DNA of 64,000 bases from an uncultured Anaerolinea sp. (GCA_964403875.1 CAYOHX010000007.1:3842-67841), one strand, 5' to 3'. Shown: positions 46,234 through 56,436, numbered from the stretch's first letter. Translations and numbers: made by a program. Notes: generated from the sequence alone by a model not told the origin.

Positions 46234-47775
46234 ATGCAATTTCCGCGTTCTTCCGGTATTATCTTGCATCCCTCCAGCCTGCCCGGGCCGGATGGAATTG
46301 GCGATTTGGGCCCTGAGGCTTACCGCTGGGTGAACTTCCTGGCCGAAGCAGGGTGCAGTTTGTGGCAAGTGCTGCCGCTAGGCCCCACTGGTTATGGGGA
46401 CTCCCCATACCAGTGTTTTTCGGCTTTTGCCGGAAATCCCTACCTGGTGAGCGCGGCGGTGCTGTTGGATGAGGGCCTGTTGGGGCATGATGATTTGCTG
46501 GACCGGCCCGCTTTTCAACCGGGGCGGGTGGATTATGGCCCGGTGATTGAGTGGAAGCTGAAGCTGTTGGAGCGGGCTTTCAAGCGGTTCAAAAAGTCTA
46601 CTTCGGTCAAGCGGCAGGAGGCCTTCCAGGCATTTCAACAAGCGCAATCCTTGTGGCTGCCCGACTTTGCCCTATTCATGGCGATTAAAGAGTCTCAGGG
46701 TGGGATTTCGTGGGTGGATTGGCCCGACCCGTTACGGCTGCGCGAGCCCCAAGCGTTGGAGACCTTCCGCGAGAGCCACGCGGATGACATTCTGCGGCAC
46801 ACCTTCCGCCAGTTTGTCTTCTTCCGCCAGTGGACAGCGCTCAAGGCTTACGCGAACGCCAAGGGGGTCTCGATCATTGGCGATATGCCTATCTTCGTGG
46901 CCTTTGACAGCGCGGACGCCTGGTCGAATCCAGAATTGTTCCACTTTGATGAAAACCGCAAACCAACCGTGGTGGCGGGCGTTCCCCCCGATTACTTCTC
47001 GCCGACCGGGCAATTGTGGGGCAACCCATTGTACCGTTGGGAGTACCACACCCAGACAGGGTATGCCTGGTGGCTAGATCGGCTTCGCGCGGGCTTGTCG
47101 ATGGTGGACATCCTGCGGGTCGATCACTTCCGCGGCTTTGCTGGCTATTGGGAGGTGCCCTTTGGCGCTGAGACCGCGGTGAAAGGGCGCTGGGTACCTG
47201 CTCCGGGAAAGGATTTGTTCGCGACCATCCAAAAGGAACTGGGGAATTTGCCTATCATCGCCGAGGATTTGGGTGAGATTACCGTGGACGTGGACGATCT
47301 GCGCGACAGCTTCAACCTGCCGGGGATGAAGATTCTCCAGTTTGGATTTGATGCGCCCGAGAACGATTTCCTGCCCCATAACTACCCCCGCAACTGTGTG
47401 GCGTATACGGGCACGCATGATAACGATACCTCTCGCGGTTGGTACGAAACCACCGCGGAAAGCGAGCGCGACCTGCTGCGCCGCTATTTGGCTCGTTCCG
47501 GCCAGGACGTGTCCTGGGATATGATCCGGGCCGTGTGGGGGTCGGTTGCAGACATGGTGCTGGCCCCGCTGCAAGATTTCCTCTCGCTGGGCGGCGAGGC
47601 TCGCATGAACTTCCCTGGAAGGCCCAGCGGAAATTGGGGCTGGCGCATGGACGGGCAGTCGTTGAGCGATGGTCTGCGACAGCGTATTGCGGAGATGAAC
47701 TTCCTTTACAGCCGCCTGCCGGAGGGCAAAGGTAAGCCCAAGGCAAAGAAGACGACCGAAGGATATTTTCTTTAA
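46234..47775 (+). CDS. malQ: 4-alpha-glucanotransferase (amylomaltase, GH77)
   Basis: Motifs WQVLPLGP, GVPPDYFS, QLWGNP, RVDHFRG, AEDLG and THDND. Confidence 0.95.
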   Translation: MQFPRSSGIILHPSSLPGPDGIGDLGPEAYRWVNFLAEAGCSLWQVLPLGPTGYGDSPYQCFSAFAGNPYLVSAAVLLDEGLLGHDDLLDRPAFQPGRVDYGPVIEWKLKLLERAFKRFKKSTSVKRQEAFQAFQQAQSLWLPDFALFMAIKESQGGISWVDWPDPLRLREPQALETFRESHADDILRHTFRQFVFFRQWTALKAYANAKGVSIIGDMPIFVAFDSADAWSNPELFHFDENRKPTVVAGVPPDYFSPTGQLWGNPLYRWEYHTQTGYAWWLDRLRAGLSMVDILRVDHFRGFAGYWEVPFGAETAVKGRWVPAPGKDLFATIQKELGNLPIIAEDLGEITVDVDDLRDSFNLPGMKILQFGFDAPENDFLPHNYPRNCVAYTGTHDNDTSRGWYETTAESERDLLRRYLARSGQDVSWDMIRAVWGSVADMVLAPLQDFLSLGGEARMNFPGRPSGNWGWRMDGQSLSDGLRQRIAEMNFLYSRLPEGKGKPKAKKTTEGYFL

Positions 47776-47812
47776 TCGCCAGCCCGGATTTGAAATTCGG
47801 ATCGTGTAAATC

Positions 47813-47845
47813 GACAAACAGGGCGTATTACGCGCCCTGTTTGTC
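47813..47845. terminator. Bidirectional terminator hairpin between malQ and hpf
   Basis: Inverted repeat gacaaacagggcg...cgccctgtttgtc. Confidence 0.75.
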
Positions 47846-47878
47846 TTGATGGTCAAATGCGGAATTTGTCTCTGGCTG

Positions 47879-48445
47879 CTATCCCATACGCGGCTCGATC
47901 AAGCCATAGGAGCCGTCGCGGCGCTGATAGAGCACGTTGATGGCGTTGGTGTTTGCATTGTAGAAGATGAAGAAATCTTCGTGTCCCAGGCGGCTCATTT
48001 GTTCGATAGCTTCCAACTCGTCCATCGGCACCAGGGTAAAGGTTTTGCGGCGGGCAATGACGGGCTGGCCTTCGGTTTCTTCCTCGCTCTCAATCGCTGG
48101 AGCGGCGAGCTCGGCAGCCGAAACCCCGTCACCCCGACCGCGAGTGCGCTTGCCCTTGAAGCGCTCGATCTTGCGTTGCATTTTTTCCAGGGCAGCATCC
48201 ACGGCGGCAAACAGATCGTCCGAGCGTTCTTCGGTGCGCAAAATATAACCGCGCCCGCGCAGGGTGATCTGCGCCACCTGGCGGTCAGCCGGGCTGCGCA
48301 TGGATTTTTGGAAATCAAGGTCGACGCGGGTTTCATCTACATCGTTAAGAAAGCGATCCAACTTGGCGACCTTTTTGGTCACGTAATCGCGGATTCGATC
48401 GGTTAGTTCCATGTTGTGGGGGTAGATGTCAACCTTGAGTGTCAT
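47879..48445 (-). CDS. hpf: Ribosome hibernation promoting factor (long HPF/RaiA)
   Basis: N-terminal HPF domain (RDYVTKKVAKLDR) and C-terminal EAIEQM..LGHEDFFIF...YQRRDG. ATG at 48445 follows AGGAGG. Confidence 0.9.
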   Translation of the reverse strand: MTLKVDIYPHNMELTDRIRDYVTKKVAKLDRFLNDVDETRVDLDFQKSMRSPADRQVAQITLRGRGYILRTEERSDDLFAAVDAALEKMQRKIERFKGKRTRGRGDGVSAAELAAPAIESEEETEGQPVIARRKTFTLVPMDELEAIEQMSRLGHEDFFIFYNANTNAINVLYQRRDGSYGLIEPRMG

Positions 48446-48488
48446 AGGATCCTCCTGATGAGAGAATAGAAATGGATGCGAACGGCGG

Positions 48489-49274
48489 TCAAGCCGCCAG
48501 CGACACAAAGTTGGCCCGGGCCGCAGTCAGGCCGTAGCAGGCTTTTGCTCCGGCATCAAGCAGCGCCAGGGCGCATTCCTGGATGGTAGAGCCCGTGGTG
48601 GTGATGTCATCTACCAGCAGGATGGACTTGCCTTGCACAAGCGCGGGGTTGGCCCAAAATGCCCCTTGCACGTTTGTGTGGCGTTCAGCCGCGGTGAGCG
48701 TCACCTGCGATTCTGTGTCCCGTGTGCGTTTGAGGCAGCGGGTTGAAAAGGACAGCCGGTGGGCAAGCGCCAGTGGGCGAGCCAACAGGGTAGATTGATT
48801 ATACCCGCGTTCAGACAGGCGCGTTTTGCCCAAAGGCACGCTGGTGACCAGATCGACGGGCCAGCGAAGCTGGGCCAGCAAAGCCGCCATCGGTTGGGCC
48901 AGAGCCTCGCCCAGACCCACGTCACGGCTGTACTTCAAACGGTGTAGAGCTTGCCGCAGCGCGCCGTCAAAGACGTAGCACGAACGCAACTGCGTATAGG
49001 CGGGAGAGACAGCATGGCAATGGTCGCACTCGTCACCATCCCGCAGCATTACGCCGCAGCGCTGGCAGATGGGACCGCTGATGGGCATGGCGGCATCGCT
49101 GCATGTTCGGCACCAGCGCTCTCCTGGCGCGCCGCAGCCGCCGCAGTGCGGCGGGAAGACCCAATCGATCGCTTCCCAAAGCAGATGGTATAGCTTAGAG
49201 GCAGGCGGCTGGTCGAGTCTTGCCAGGGAGGCCCTGGGCTCTGCCAGGGAAGCCCTGGGTTTTTCCAGGGTCAT
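48489..49274 (-). CDS. comF: ComF-family protein (zinc finger + PRTase)
   Basis: FPPHCGGC and further CxxC motifs, RGYNQS, and LVDDITTTGST. Confidence 0.9.
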   Translation of the reverse strand: MTLEKPRASLAEPRASLARLDQPPASKLYHLLWEAIDWVFPPHCGGCGAPGERWCRTCSDAAMPISGPICQRCGVMLRDGDECDHCHAVSPAYTQLRSCYVFDGALRQALHRLKYSRDVGLGEALAQPMAALLAQLRWPVDLVTSVPLGKTRLSERGYNQSTLLARPLALAHRLSFSTRCLKRTRDTESQVTLTAAERHTNVQGAFWANPALVQGKSILLVDDITTTGSTIQECALALLDAGAKACYGLTAARANFVSLAA

Positions 49275-49295
49275 GAGCAGCTCCTGGTTGCCGAA

Positions 49296-50252
49296 TTAAA
49301 ACATCCCGGCGAGCGCCGAATTCATAATGCGCAAAGCAGCGGGGGTCATAAGCACGACCATCAATGAGGGGAAGATGAGCAGAGCCATAGGGATGAGCAT
49401 TTTTACTGGGGCCTTGTGAGCCTCTTCTTCGGCTAATTGACGACGCTTGACGCGCATCTGATCCGATTGAATACGCAGCACTTTGGCCATGCTGACGCCT
49501 AATTGTTCCGATTGGATGACCGCGGCCACAAAGCTGGTCATTTCGGCCAGGCCAATGCGGTCGGCCATGTCGCGCAGTGCTTCGCGGCGCACCTTGCCCA
49601 GTTGCACTTCCTGGATGACGCGGGCAAAGGCCAGAGAAAGTTCCGATTCCCATTTCTCGCTCACCTTGGACAAAGCGGCGTCAAAGCCCAAGCCGGCTTC
49701 CACGCAAATGGTGAGTAGATCGAGCGCGTCAGGCATCGCTTTGCGAATTTCTTTTTGGCGAGCATTGATCCGTCCCGTCAGCCACAATTGAGGAAGGTAG
49801 AATCCGATCACCGCGCCGCCGATGGCCATGAGGAGTTTTTGACCAACGGGCCAATCAGATTGGCCGAGGGTGAACACCAGGATGAGCACTGTGAGAAGCA
49901 AGCCGCCAATGATGAACTGCAATGCCAGGAAGATGGTCGGATCCATACGTCCAGGGTTGCCGGCAAGTTCCAATTTGCGCGCCGTGCTTTGCATGGCGTT
50001 TTGTGGGGTGAACTTAACGGCAATATCACCCAATTTTCGTGCAATCGGATAGATGATGCGCTCCTGGAAGGGCAGGGAAAGCTCAATTTTTTCCAGGTTC
50101 ACTTGTTCGCCACGCTGGTTGAATTCCTCGAGGCGACTGAGCAAAGCTCGATCATCACTGGTTTGCGGCTGGCGCATTCCAATGTACACCAAAGCCGCGG
50201 CCCCCCCAACAATCAGTAATCCGACCAAGATAAAAATAATGGTTGTAGTCAT
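49296..50252 (-). CDS. tadC: Tad pilus assembly platform protein TadC
   Basis: T2SSF-family motifs PDALDLLTICVEAGLGFD and AEEEAHKAPVKMLIP; tad gene context. Confidence 0.9.
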   Translation of the reverse strand: MTTTIIFILVGLLIVGGAAALVYIGMRQPQTSDDRALLSRLEEFNQRGEQVNLEKIELSLPFQERIIYPIARKLGDIAVKFTPQNAMQSTARKLELAGNPGRMDPTIFLALQFIIGGLLLTVLILVFTLGQSDWPVGQKLLMAIGGAVIGFYLPQLWLTGRINARQKEIRKAMPDALDLLTICVEAGLGFDAALSKVSEKWESELSLAFARVIQEVQLGKVRREALRDMADRIGLAEMTSFVAAVIQSEQLGVSMAKVLRIQSDQMRVKRRQLAEEEAHKAPVKMLIPMALLIFPSLMVVLMTPAALRIMNSALAGMF

Positions 50253-50270
50253 TGTGGGTGACCTCCAGTG

Positions 50271-51239
50271 CTAAACCTCGATATCGGCAATCTTATTCAT
50301 CACGACGTACCCGGTGATGATCAACATGGCCGCGCATGCCAGGGCAATATATCCGCATGGCAGGTTGGCGTTGTTCGCGGGGTTGAAAAACTCCATCATG
50401 TAAGCACGGTTGAGCAGGTAAAGAATGCCCATGACGAACAGGGGCATCATGGCCAAGAAGCGGCCCGAGTACATAACCTGTGAGGTTAGCACCCGAATCT
50501 CGCCCTTGATGCGGACACGTTCGCGAATGGTGTAGGAGATGGTGTCCAAGATTTCAGCCAGGTTTCCACCGACTTCGCGCTGCACATTGATGGCGGTGAC
50601 CACCAAATCGAGGTCTTCACTGGGGATGCGGCGCAACAGGTTGTCGAGGGAAGTCTGCATGGGCACGCCTAGCTGCATTTCCTGGACCACCCGGCGGAAT
50701 TCGTCGCAGATGGGTGGGGGGAGTTCTTTGCTGACGGCTTCCATCGCTTGCATGGTCGAATAGCCGGCGCGCAAGCCGTTGACCATCAGGTTGAGCATAT
50801 CTCCAAGTTGTTCGTTGAATTTGACCAGACGCTTGGACTGCTGGCTGTTCACGTAGAAACGGGGCAGGAAGAGACCGACCGCTGCGCCACCTAAGCCGCC
50901 CAAAATACTTTGACCGGAGATGAACCAAACCACAAACCCCACTAAGACGGCGGAAAGGAACATGACAGTGACAAACTCGCCGGCCTTAAGCCGAATGTCT
51001 GCTCGAGCAAGGTCACGGGCCAGCTTTTCTCCAAAAGAGGAACCCGCAACTCGTTTATTCAGCCAATCGGCAACGGGAGTTTGCGTACCTCGATCAGCCT
51101 CGGTTCTGGGGGCTTCGGCGTAACGACCGATGCGGTCTTCAACTTCAGACCGTTCGGACGTGACAGAAATGGCGATGCCAACGATCAGAAGAATGACCGC
51201 CAGAGCTGATCCGATGATTAGGATTAAGGTCATGTCCAT
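50271..51239 (-). CDS. tadB: Tad pilus assembly platform protein TadB
   Basis: Motifs LRAGYS, QREVGGNLAEIL and IRERVRIKGEI. Confidence 0.9.
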   Translation of the reverse strand: MDMTLILIIGSALAVILLIVGIAISVTSERSEVEDRIGRYAEAPRTEADRGTQTPVADWLNKRVAGSSFGEKLARDLARADIRLKAGEFVTVMFLSAVLVGFVVWFISGQSILGGLGGAAVGLFLPRFYVNSQQSKRLVKFNEQLGDMLNLMVNGLRAGYSTMQAMEAVSKELPPPICDEFRRVVQEMQLGVPMQTSLDNLLRRIPSEDLDLVVTAINVQREVGGNLAEILDTISYTIRERVRIKGEIRVLTSQVMYSGRFLAMMPLFVMGILYLLNRAYMMEFFNPANNANLPCGYIALACAAMLIITGYVVMNKIADIEV

Positions 51240-51290
51240 AAAGTTTCATCCTTGTCGGGGGATGACACCGACCGCACATGGCGCGGCGGG

Positions 51291-52691
51291 TTAGTAGCGA
51301 CGGCGGTCCCCAATACCAAAGATTGTAGCAGGCAGATGAATTCCAGAAGCTTCAATTTTATCCATAAAGCGGGGTCGCAAACCGGTAGGGCGCAAACGGC
51401 CAATAATTTTTCCGTTCTCATAACCGGCCTGCTCATAAACAAACAAGTCGGTCGTGGTGATGACGTCACCTTCCATGCCCGAGACTTCGGTAATGTTGAC
51501 AATCTTGCGGCTTCCGTCGCGCATGCGTTCCTGGTGAACAACCAGGTCGACGGCGGCGGATATTTGCTCACGAATGGCGCGAATGGGCAGTTCCATGCCT
51601 GCCATGAGGCTCATGGTTTCCAGGCGGGAGAGGGTATCTCGCGGGCTGTTCGAGTGGGCAGTGGTCATGGAGCCATCGTGACCGGTGTTCATGGCCTGAA
51701 GCATGTCCAGTGCTTCGTCACCGCGGCATTCTCCAACCACGATTCGATCGGGGCGCATGCGCAAGGCGTTGATGACCAGCGCGCGAATGGTGATTTCGCC
51801 CTTGCCTTCGATGTTGGCCGGGCGAGATTCCAGGGTGACCACATGCTCCTGGCGAAGTTGTAGCTCGGCTGCGTTCTCGATGGTCAAAATGCGCTCGTCG
51901 GCTGGGATGAAGCCGGACAAGATGTTGAGCAAGGTGGTTTTGCCCGAGCCTGTGCCGCCTGAAACAATGATATTGAGTCGGGACGAAACGCAAGCTTTGA
52001 GGAACTCCACCGCTTCGGGGGTAATCGAGCCGTATTGAATGAGTTGATCAACGGTGATGGGTTTCTTGGAGAATTTGCGGATGGTTAGGGTGGGGCCGAC
52101 CAGAGAGATGGGCTGGATGACGGCGTTCACGCGGGAGCCATCGGGCAAGCGAGCGTCCACATAGGGGCTGGACTCGTCGATGCGGCGGCCCAACGGCGCT
52201 ACGATGCGTTCGATGATGCGCATGACGTGGGCGTTGCTTTCAAAAGTCAGGGGCGCGCGATGAAGGCGGCCTCCTCGCTCGATGTAGATGTTCTTGGCGC
52301 CGTTGACCATGATTTCCGTGATGGTCTCATCTTCCAATAGAGGCTGGAGCGGTCCAAAACCAAGAATCTCTGCGGCAATTTGCTCGAACATGCGGGCGCG
52401 TTCGGGGCGGGACAGAACGATATTCTCTTGCGAGAGGATCTGTTCAAACAGCTCTTGAATGGTGCGCCGCACCTCGGCAACTTTGGAGGGATCGGTGGAT
52501 GGCTCAAGCGTGGAGATGAGCTTGTTTTGAACGCGGTTTTTGAGATCCTGGTAGGTATCTTGCGCCGAAGGAATGTTGGGCGCGGCAACGCGCCGCGCAC
52601 CCTGAACTGGTGTTTGCTGCGGTGAAGCGGGGGTTCCAGAGTTGTTTTGGTTGCCAGAAGGCGTACCTTGTATTCTCTTTAAGATTGACAT
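51291..52691 (-). CDS. cpaF: Tad pilus ATPase CpaF/TadA
   Basis: Motifs GGTGSGKTT, ALRMRPDRIVVGECR and AMNTGHDG. Confidence 0.95.
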   Translation of the reverse strand: MSILKRIQGTPSGNQNNSGTPASPQQTPVQGARRVAAPNIPSAQDTYQDLKNRVQNKLISTLEPSTDPSKVAEVRRTIQELFEQILSQENIVLSRPERARMFEQIAAEILGFGPLQPLLEDETITEIMVNGAKNIYIERGGRLHRAPLTFESNAHVMRIIERIVAPLGRRIDESSPYVDARLPDGSRVNAVIQPISLVGPTLTIRKFSKKPITVDQLIQYGSITPEAVEFLKACVSSRLNIIVSGGTGSGKTTLLNILSGFIPADERILTIENAAELQLRQEHVVTLESRPANIEGKGEITIRALVINALRMRPDRIVVGECRGDEALDMLQAMNTGHDGSMTTAHSNSPRDTLSRLETMSLMAGMELPIRAIREQISAAVDLVVHQERMRDGSRKIVNITEVSGMEGDVITTTDLFVYEQAGYENGKIIGRLRPTGLRPRFMDKIEASGIHLPATIFGIGDRRRY

Positions 52692-52739
52692 TTACTTTCT
52701 CCTTAAGGGCCGCTCAACCAGTAAAATAAGGCCCTTTGG

Positions 52740-53975
52740 TTATTTGGCTTCAACCTCAGTATTCTCTAGCTTGATGACTTTTTCTTTGATGAGATCGACG
52801 AGTTGGAGTATGCTCTTGCCAATGGGCTGCGCTTTATTATCTATCATGAACGGAATGCCGCGATTTACGGCATTGCTGACGATTCTTTCGTCATTTGGAA
52901 GGGCGATCACGATTTCCTGACGGAGGCTTTCGCCAACCCGTTCCGGTGAAATGGCAATGCGTTTGTCATAACGATTCATAACAAACATGATCCGGCTGCG
53001 TTTCAAGCCCGAAGCATCTGCCAAAGTAAGGAACAGGTTGCAGTTCTTGATCGATGGGATATCCTGCGTGGTGACGAGAAGGATAATATTGGAGATATCT
53101 AATGCCGCCTGGACGGCCTCGGTGAGATAGGAGCCCGTGTCAATGACCACGTAGGAGTAAATATGGCGGAGGAAATCGATCAGTTTCGAGAACTGGTCGC
53201 CTGTAACCTTGTCGGCCATTTCGGGGCGCGGGGCGGCTGCCAGGATATCAATCCCGGTCGCCCGGTTATTGACCATCACTTCCTGGATAATATCGGTATC
53301 CAATTCATCGGCGCGAGGGGCCAGGTCGAGGATGGTGTTCTTGCCTTGCTCGTTGAGGAAGACCGCTACATCACCAAATTGCAGGTTGCCGTCTACCAGG
53401 GCTACGCGATTCTCTTCAGTTCGTAGTGCAATTGCCAGGTTGGTCGCAATGGTCGTGCGACCGGTGCCGCCTTTGGGACTGTAGATTACAACGACCTTGC
53501 CGAGTGAAACGGTGGGTTTGGCCTGCGCGGGTATTCCACCCATATCGACAGGGCCAGACGGGAACGAAGCGGCAGCTTTCTTGCGCTCTTCGTGGGCCAT
53601 TACGCCTGCACGGCGGATGGCATCGGTCAGCTCGTCGATCATGGGAGGCTTGGTGAGGAAATCGCGCGCGCCAGCCAACATCGCCCGTCGCATGTAGCTT
53701 GGGTCACTTTGCACCGAGAGAATGACCACCTGGACGTGAGGAAGTTTCTTTTTCACCTCACCCGTGGCGGTAATCCCGTCCATATCGGGCATATTAATGT
53801 CCATGATGATAACATCTGGTTTCAAAGCAATAGATTGGTCGATTGCTTCGCGGCCAGTCCGCGCAGTACCCGCCACCTCGATATTGCTGTCAAATTGCAA
53901 CATGCGGCGGATGTTTTCTCTTGCCTCGGCGATATCATCGACAATTAAAACCCGAATTTTTTCTTGAGCCGGCAT
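52740..53975 (-). CDS. cpaE: CpaE/TadZ-like protein: receiver domain + MinD/ParA-like ATPase
   Basis: VDD...MDINMPDMDG receiver domain, PKGGTGRTT and LQFGDV. Confidence 0.85.
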   Translation of the reverse strand: MPAQEKIRVLIVDDIAEARENIRRMLQFDSNIEVAGTARTGREAIDQSIALKPDVIIMDINMPDMDGITATGEVKKKLPHVQVVILSVQSDPSYMRRAMLAGARDFLTKPPMIDELTDAIRRAGVMAHEERKKAAASFPSGPVDMGGIPAQAKPTVSLGKVVVIYSPKGGTGRTTIATNLAIALRTEENRVALVDGNLQFGDVAVFLNEQGKNTILDLAPRADELDTDIIQEVMVNNRATGIDILAAAPRPEMADKVTGDQFSKLIDFLRHIYSYVVIDTGSYLTEAVQAALDISNIILLVTTQDIPSIKNCNLFLTLADASGLKRSRIMFVMNRYDKRIAISPERVGESLRQEIVIALPNDERIVSNAVNRGIPFMIDNKAQPIGKSILQLVDLIKEKVIKLENTEVEAK

Positions 53976-54051
53976 AAATGCTCCAGTCGTTTAGCAGTTA
54001 TGTGTAAATATCCTGGTGAGTAACAAAGTTACCCACCAGGATAAGAACGAT

Positions 54052-55194
54052 TTATTGCGGAGGGGCGGTTACGACGGCAGGCTGGGTGCTGGGGAAGGGG
54101 CTAACCGTATTGGGGAGGGCATCCAGGCGCGGCTCCAATCCGTAGGGCAGTTTGGCCGGATCCGGAATGCCATAGTAATCCAGAATGAACTGTAAGGTTA
54201 CAGCTTCGGTGGCGATGCGGTCGATATCCCCTGCTCCACGCATTACCAGGTTCAGCTTAGCGCCTGCCAGGATGAGGTAGTTGAGCGAAACAGCGTCTTG
54301 CGGAGACACGATCAAAGTGACCGTATCTGGAACAACCGGTTCGGCAGCGACTTCCTCAGCAGGGGCAGCTTCTGCCGTTTCGGCGACAGGTGTGGGCTGG
54401 GGAGAGGCGAGGCTGAAATCTCCTACCTGAAGGACGATGGCGTCTTGAATGAGGGTTTGGCTGACCATCCGCGGACGTTGAGGCTCATTCGGTACCACAT
54501 AGATCGCTTGATTCAGCACGGGGTCTAATTCGATGCGTCCGGCAACGCTGCCCTCGCTCAGAGTGATTGTTGAGGATGCCGCAACCGGACCACCTTCACC
54601 GGTGGGGCCAGGAGCAATGACCAACCCGGTCGTGTTGGGAAGCTTGGATTGGAAGCCGGCATCCAGGTCGACCATCATCATGGTCACAATGACGTTGACA
54701 TGGTCGCCAGGCGTCAGGCCATAGGCTACGGCAGACAGTTTGCTGACCGGAATGGGAATGGCTACCTGCCCACGCGGGATTTGGAAGGCGGCGGGCGAGT
54801 TGGTCAAGTTGGGATCTACTAACATGCTGGGGGTCAAGGGCGTTTGCGCTTCCACGTCGGACTTGGCGCGCTTGCCAATGACTTGCTCGATCCCTGTAAT
54901 GAAAGCTCCTTCGACCAGGTCCCTCTCGGGGTATGGAACTTCCACAACGTACTGTTCGGTGATTTCTGAGCCTCGCGAGATCTTTTGGGTGGAGATGACG
55001 ATGTTCACCATCTTCACTTCAGGAGTCGGCGTGGCTGCTGCCGGTTCTTGAACTGGATTCATGCCGGGGATCAATCCACCCAGGCCTCCTCCACCCAAGA
55101 AACGGGTAGCAACAAACACCAGTGCTAACACCAACAAAAGCACAACTGCGATAGCAATGAATGCTCTCCCCCGGCGTTTCCCACCTGTGGCCAT
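54052..55194 (-). CDS. cpaB: Flp pilus assembly protein CpaB/RcpC (SAF domain)
   Basis: N-terminal TM helix, SAF-like region, PGDHVNV and VTLIVSPQDA. Confidence 0.8.
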   Translation of the reverse strand: MATGGKRRGRAFIAIAVVLLLVLALVFVATRFLGGGGLGGLIPGMNPVQEPAAATPTPEVKMVNIVISTQKISRGSEITEQYVVEVPYPERDLVEGAFITGIEQVIGKRAKSDVEAQTPLTPSMLVDPNLTNSPAAFQIPRGQVAIPIPVSKLSAVAYGLTPGDHVNVIVTMMMVDLDAGFQSKLPNTTGLVIAPGPTGEGGPVAASSTITLSEGSVAGRIELDPVLNQAIYVVPNEPQRPRMVSQTLIQDAIVLQVGDFSLASPQPTPVAETAEAAPAEEVAAEPVVPDTVTLIVSPQDAVSLNYLILAGAKLNLVMRGAGDIDRIATEAVTLQFILDYYGIPDPAKLPYGLEPRLDALPNTVSPFPSTQPAVVTAPPQ

Positions 55195-55331
55195 GTGAGC
55201 CTCCTACATTAGAAATTTTCCAAGCTGAGATGTTTACGTACCATAACTTTCTATAATTATACGCCAATTTGTAAATAACCAATAAAAAAGATGTCAAATT
55301 TGTAAATAAATTACCGAAATTTCACCTATCA

Positions 55332-55365
55332 CCAAAAAAGGCCCTGCAAGCAGAGCCTTTTTTGG
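55332..55365 (-). terminator. Terminator/attenuator after flp
   Basis: ccaaaaaaggc...gccttttttgg hairpin between flp and cpaB. Confidence 0.7.
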
Positions 55366-55392
55366 CCTAATCGAATAACAAACGTGATCTGC

Positions 55393-55539
55393 TTAGATCC
55401 GGGTTACGACATTGCTGAAGATGTTGCCAATGGCGGGGCCGAGCAACGCAAGAATGACGATAACGACTACTGCAACCAAAACGAGAATCAGCGCGTACTC
55501 AACCAAACCCTGACCTTTTTCCTTCGGAGCGAACAACAT
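55393..55539 (-). CDS. flp: Flp/Fap pilin (48 aa)
   Basis: KG|QGLVEYALIL prepilin motif (E+5, Y+6); GGAGGTG RBS before the ATG at 55539. Confidence 0.92.
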   Translation of the reverse strand: MLFAPKEKGQGLVEYALILVLVAVVVIVILALLGPAIGNIFSNVVTRI

Positions 55540-55868
55540 GTTTTTCACCTCCTTCCTTTCGCAAAGTACAATTCTGTGAAGAACTATCCTCATTATATCC
55601 AATCCGGATTTGATTACAATAGGGTGATACATTACAGGAACCTTACAAGAAAACACAACATACTGGATCCATGACCGCTTGGCCAACTCGCCATCTGTGG
55701 GGAAGGATGGGTAATCTTGATAGAAATTTGACATTTATGGGGGAGCCTGTATTGTTCCTTGATGGAAATTTGACTATAATCAACTCAGGATCAAATACGC
55801 GATAGGCAAGCGATTTAAGATCTGGCAGAATAAAATTGTGAGATGAACTGGCCACTATAGGAGGCGCA

Positions 55869-56405
55869 ATGAGTGACATTCTCGGACGTGTTTTGGAAGA
55901 TCAAGATTTCTTCCGCAAAATTTTGGGAAAAATCCCCGGTTTCAATGGCTATTTTGACCGGGCCAATCGGCGGTCGGCGGATAAGCTGCTGCGCGAAACG
56001 ATCGCGAATCGCTTTGAGGCCTTGGGCCAGCGCATTTCGGGACTGCAGCGCGATTTGATCAGCCAGGGTGAAATTCGTTTGATTGACGATTTGGAAGCCG
56101 CTGCGTTGAAAATTCGCCAGTTCACCGATCGAATTCGCACCGCCAGCTATGGATACGCCGGATTCTTCGATGCCGTGAAGGTCAATTCGGAAGAGTTGGC
56201 GCAAATTTACCAATACGACTTGGCGCTGCTGGAAGGCGGTGACGAGGTTGAACGCTCGATTGATAATGTAGAGGCTTCGTTTGGCACCGATGGACTGGTT
56301 GCGGCCATTCGCCACCTGACCAAACAGGCTCAGGCTTGCGTGGATGCCTTCGACAAGCGCGCCGAGGTCATTCTCAACAGCGGGCAGCAGCAAGGTCAAC
56401 AGTAA
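55869..56405 (+). CDS. Conserved alpha-helical hypothetical protein upstream of SPFH gene
   Basis: AGGAGG RBS; KIPGF.GY...RR.AD and ASYGYAGFFD motifs; helical composition. Confidence 0.8.
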   Translation: MSDILGRVLEDQDFFRKILGKIPGFNGYFDRANRRSADKLLRETIANRFEALGQRISGLQRDLISQGEIRLIDDLEAAALKIRQFTDRIRTASYGYAGFFDAVKVNSEELAQIYQYDLALLEGGDEVERSIDNVEASFGTDGLVAAIRHLTKQAQACVDAFDKRAEVILNSGQQQGQQ

Positions 56406-56436
56406 TTGTCTCAGGCAATAACGGAGAGAGGAAACC

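Noticed and set aside
55540-55734. 113-aa version of the flp ORF
   Set aside because: A strong RBS and the Flp leader pattern support the ATG at 55539; the upstream part is promoter DNA.
55540-55860. c-di-GMP riboswitch upstream of flp
   Set aside because: No recognisable GEMM tetraloop/receptor pattern by eye; an Rfam scan would be needed.
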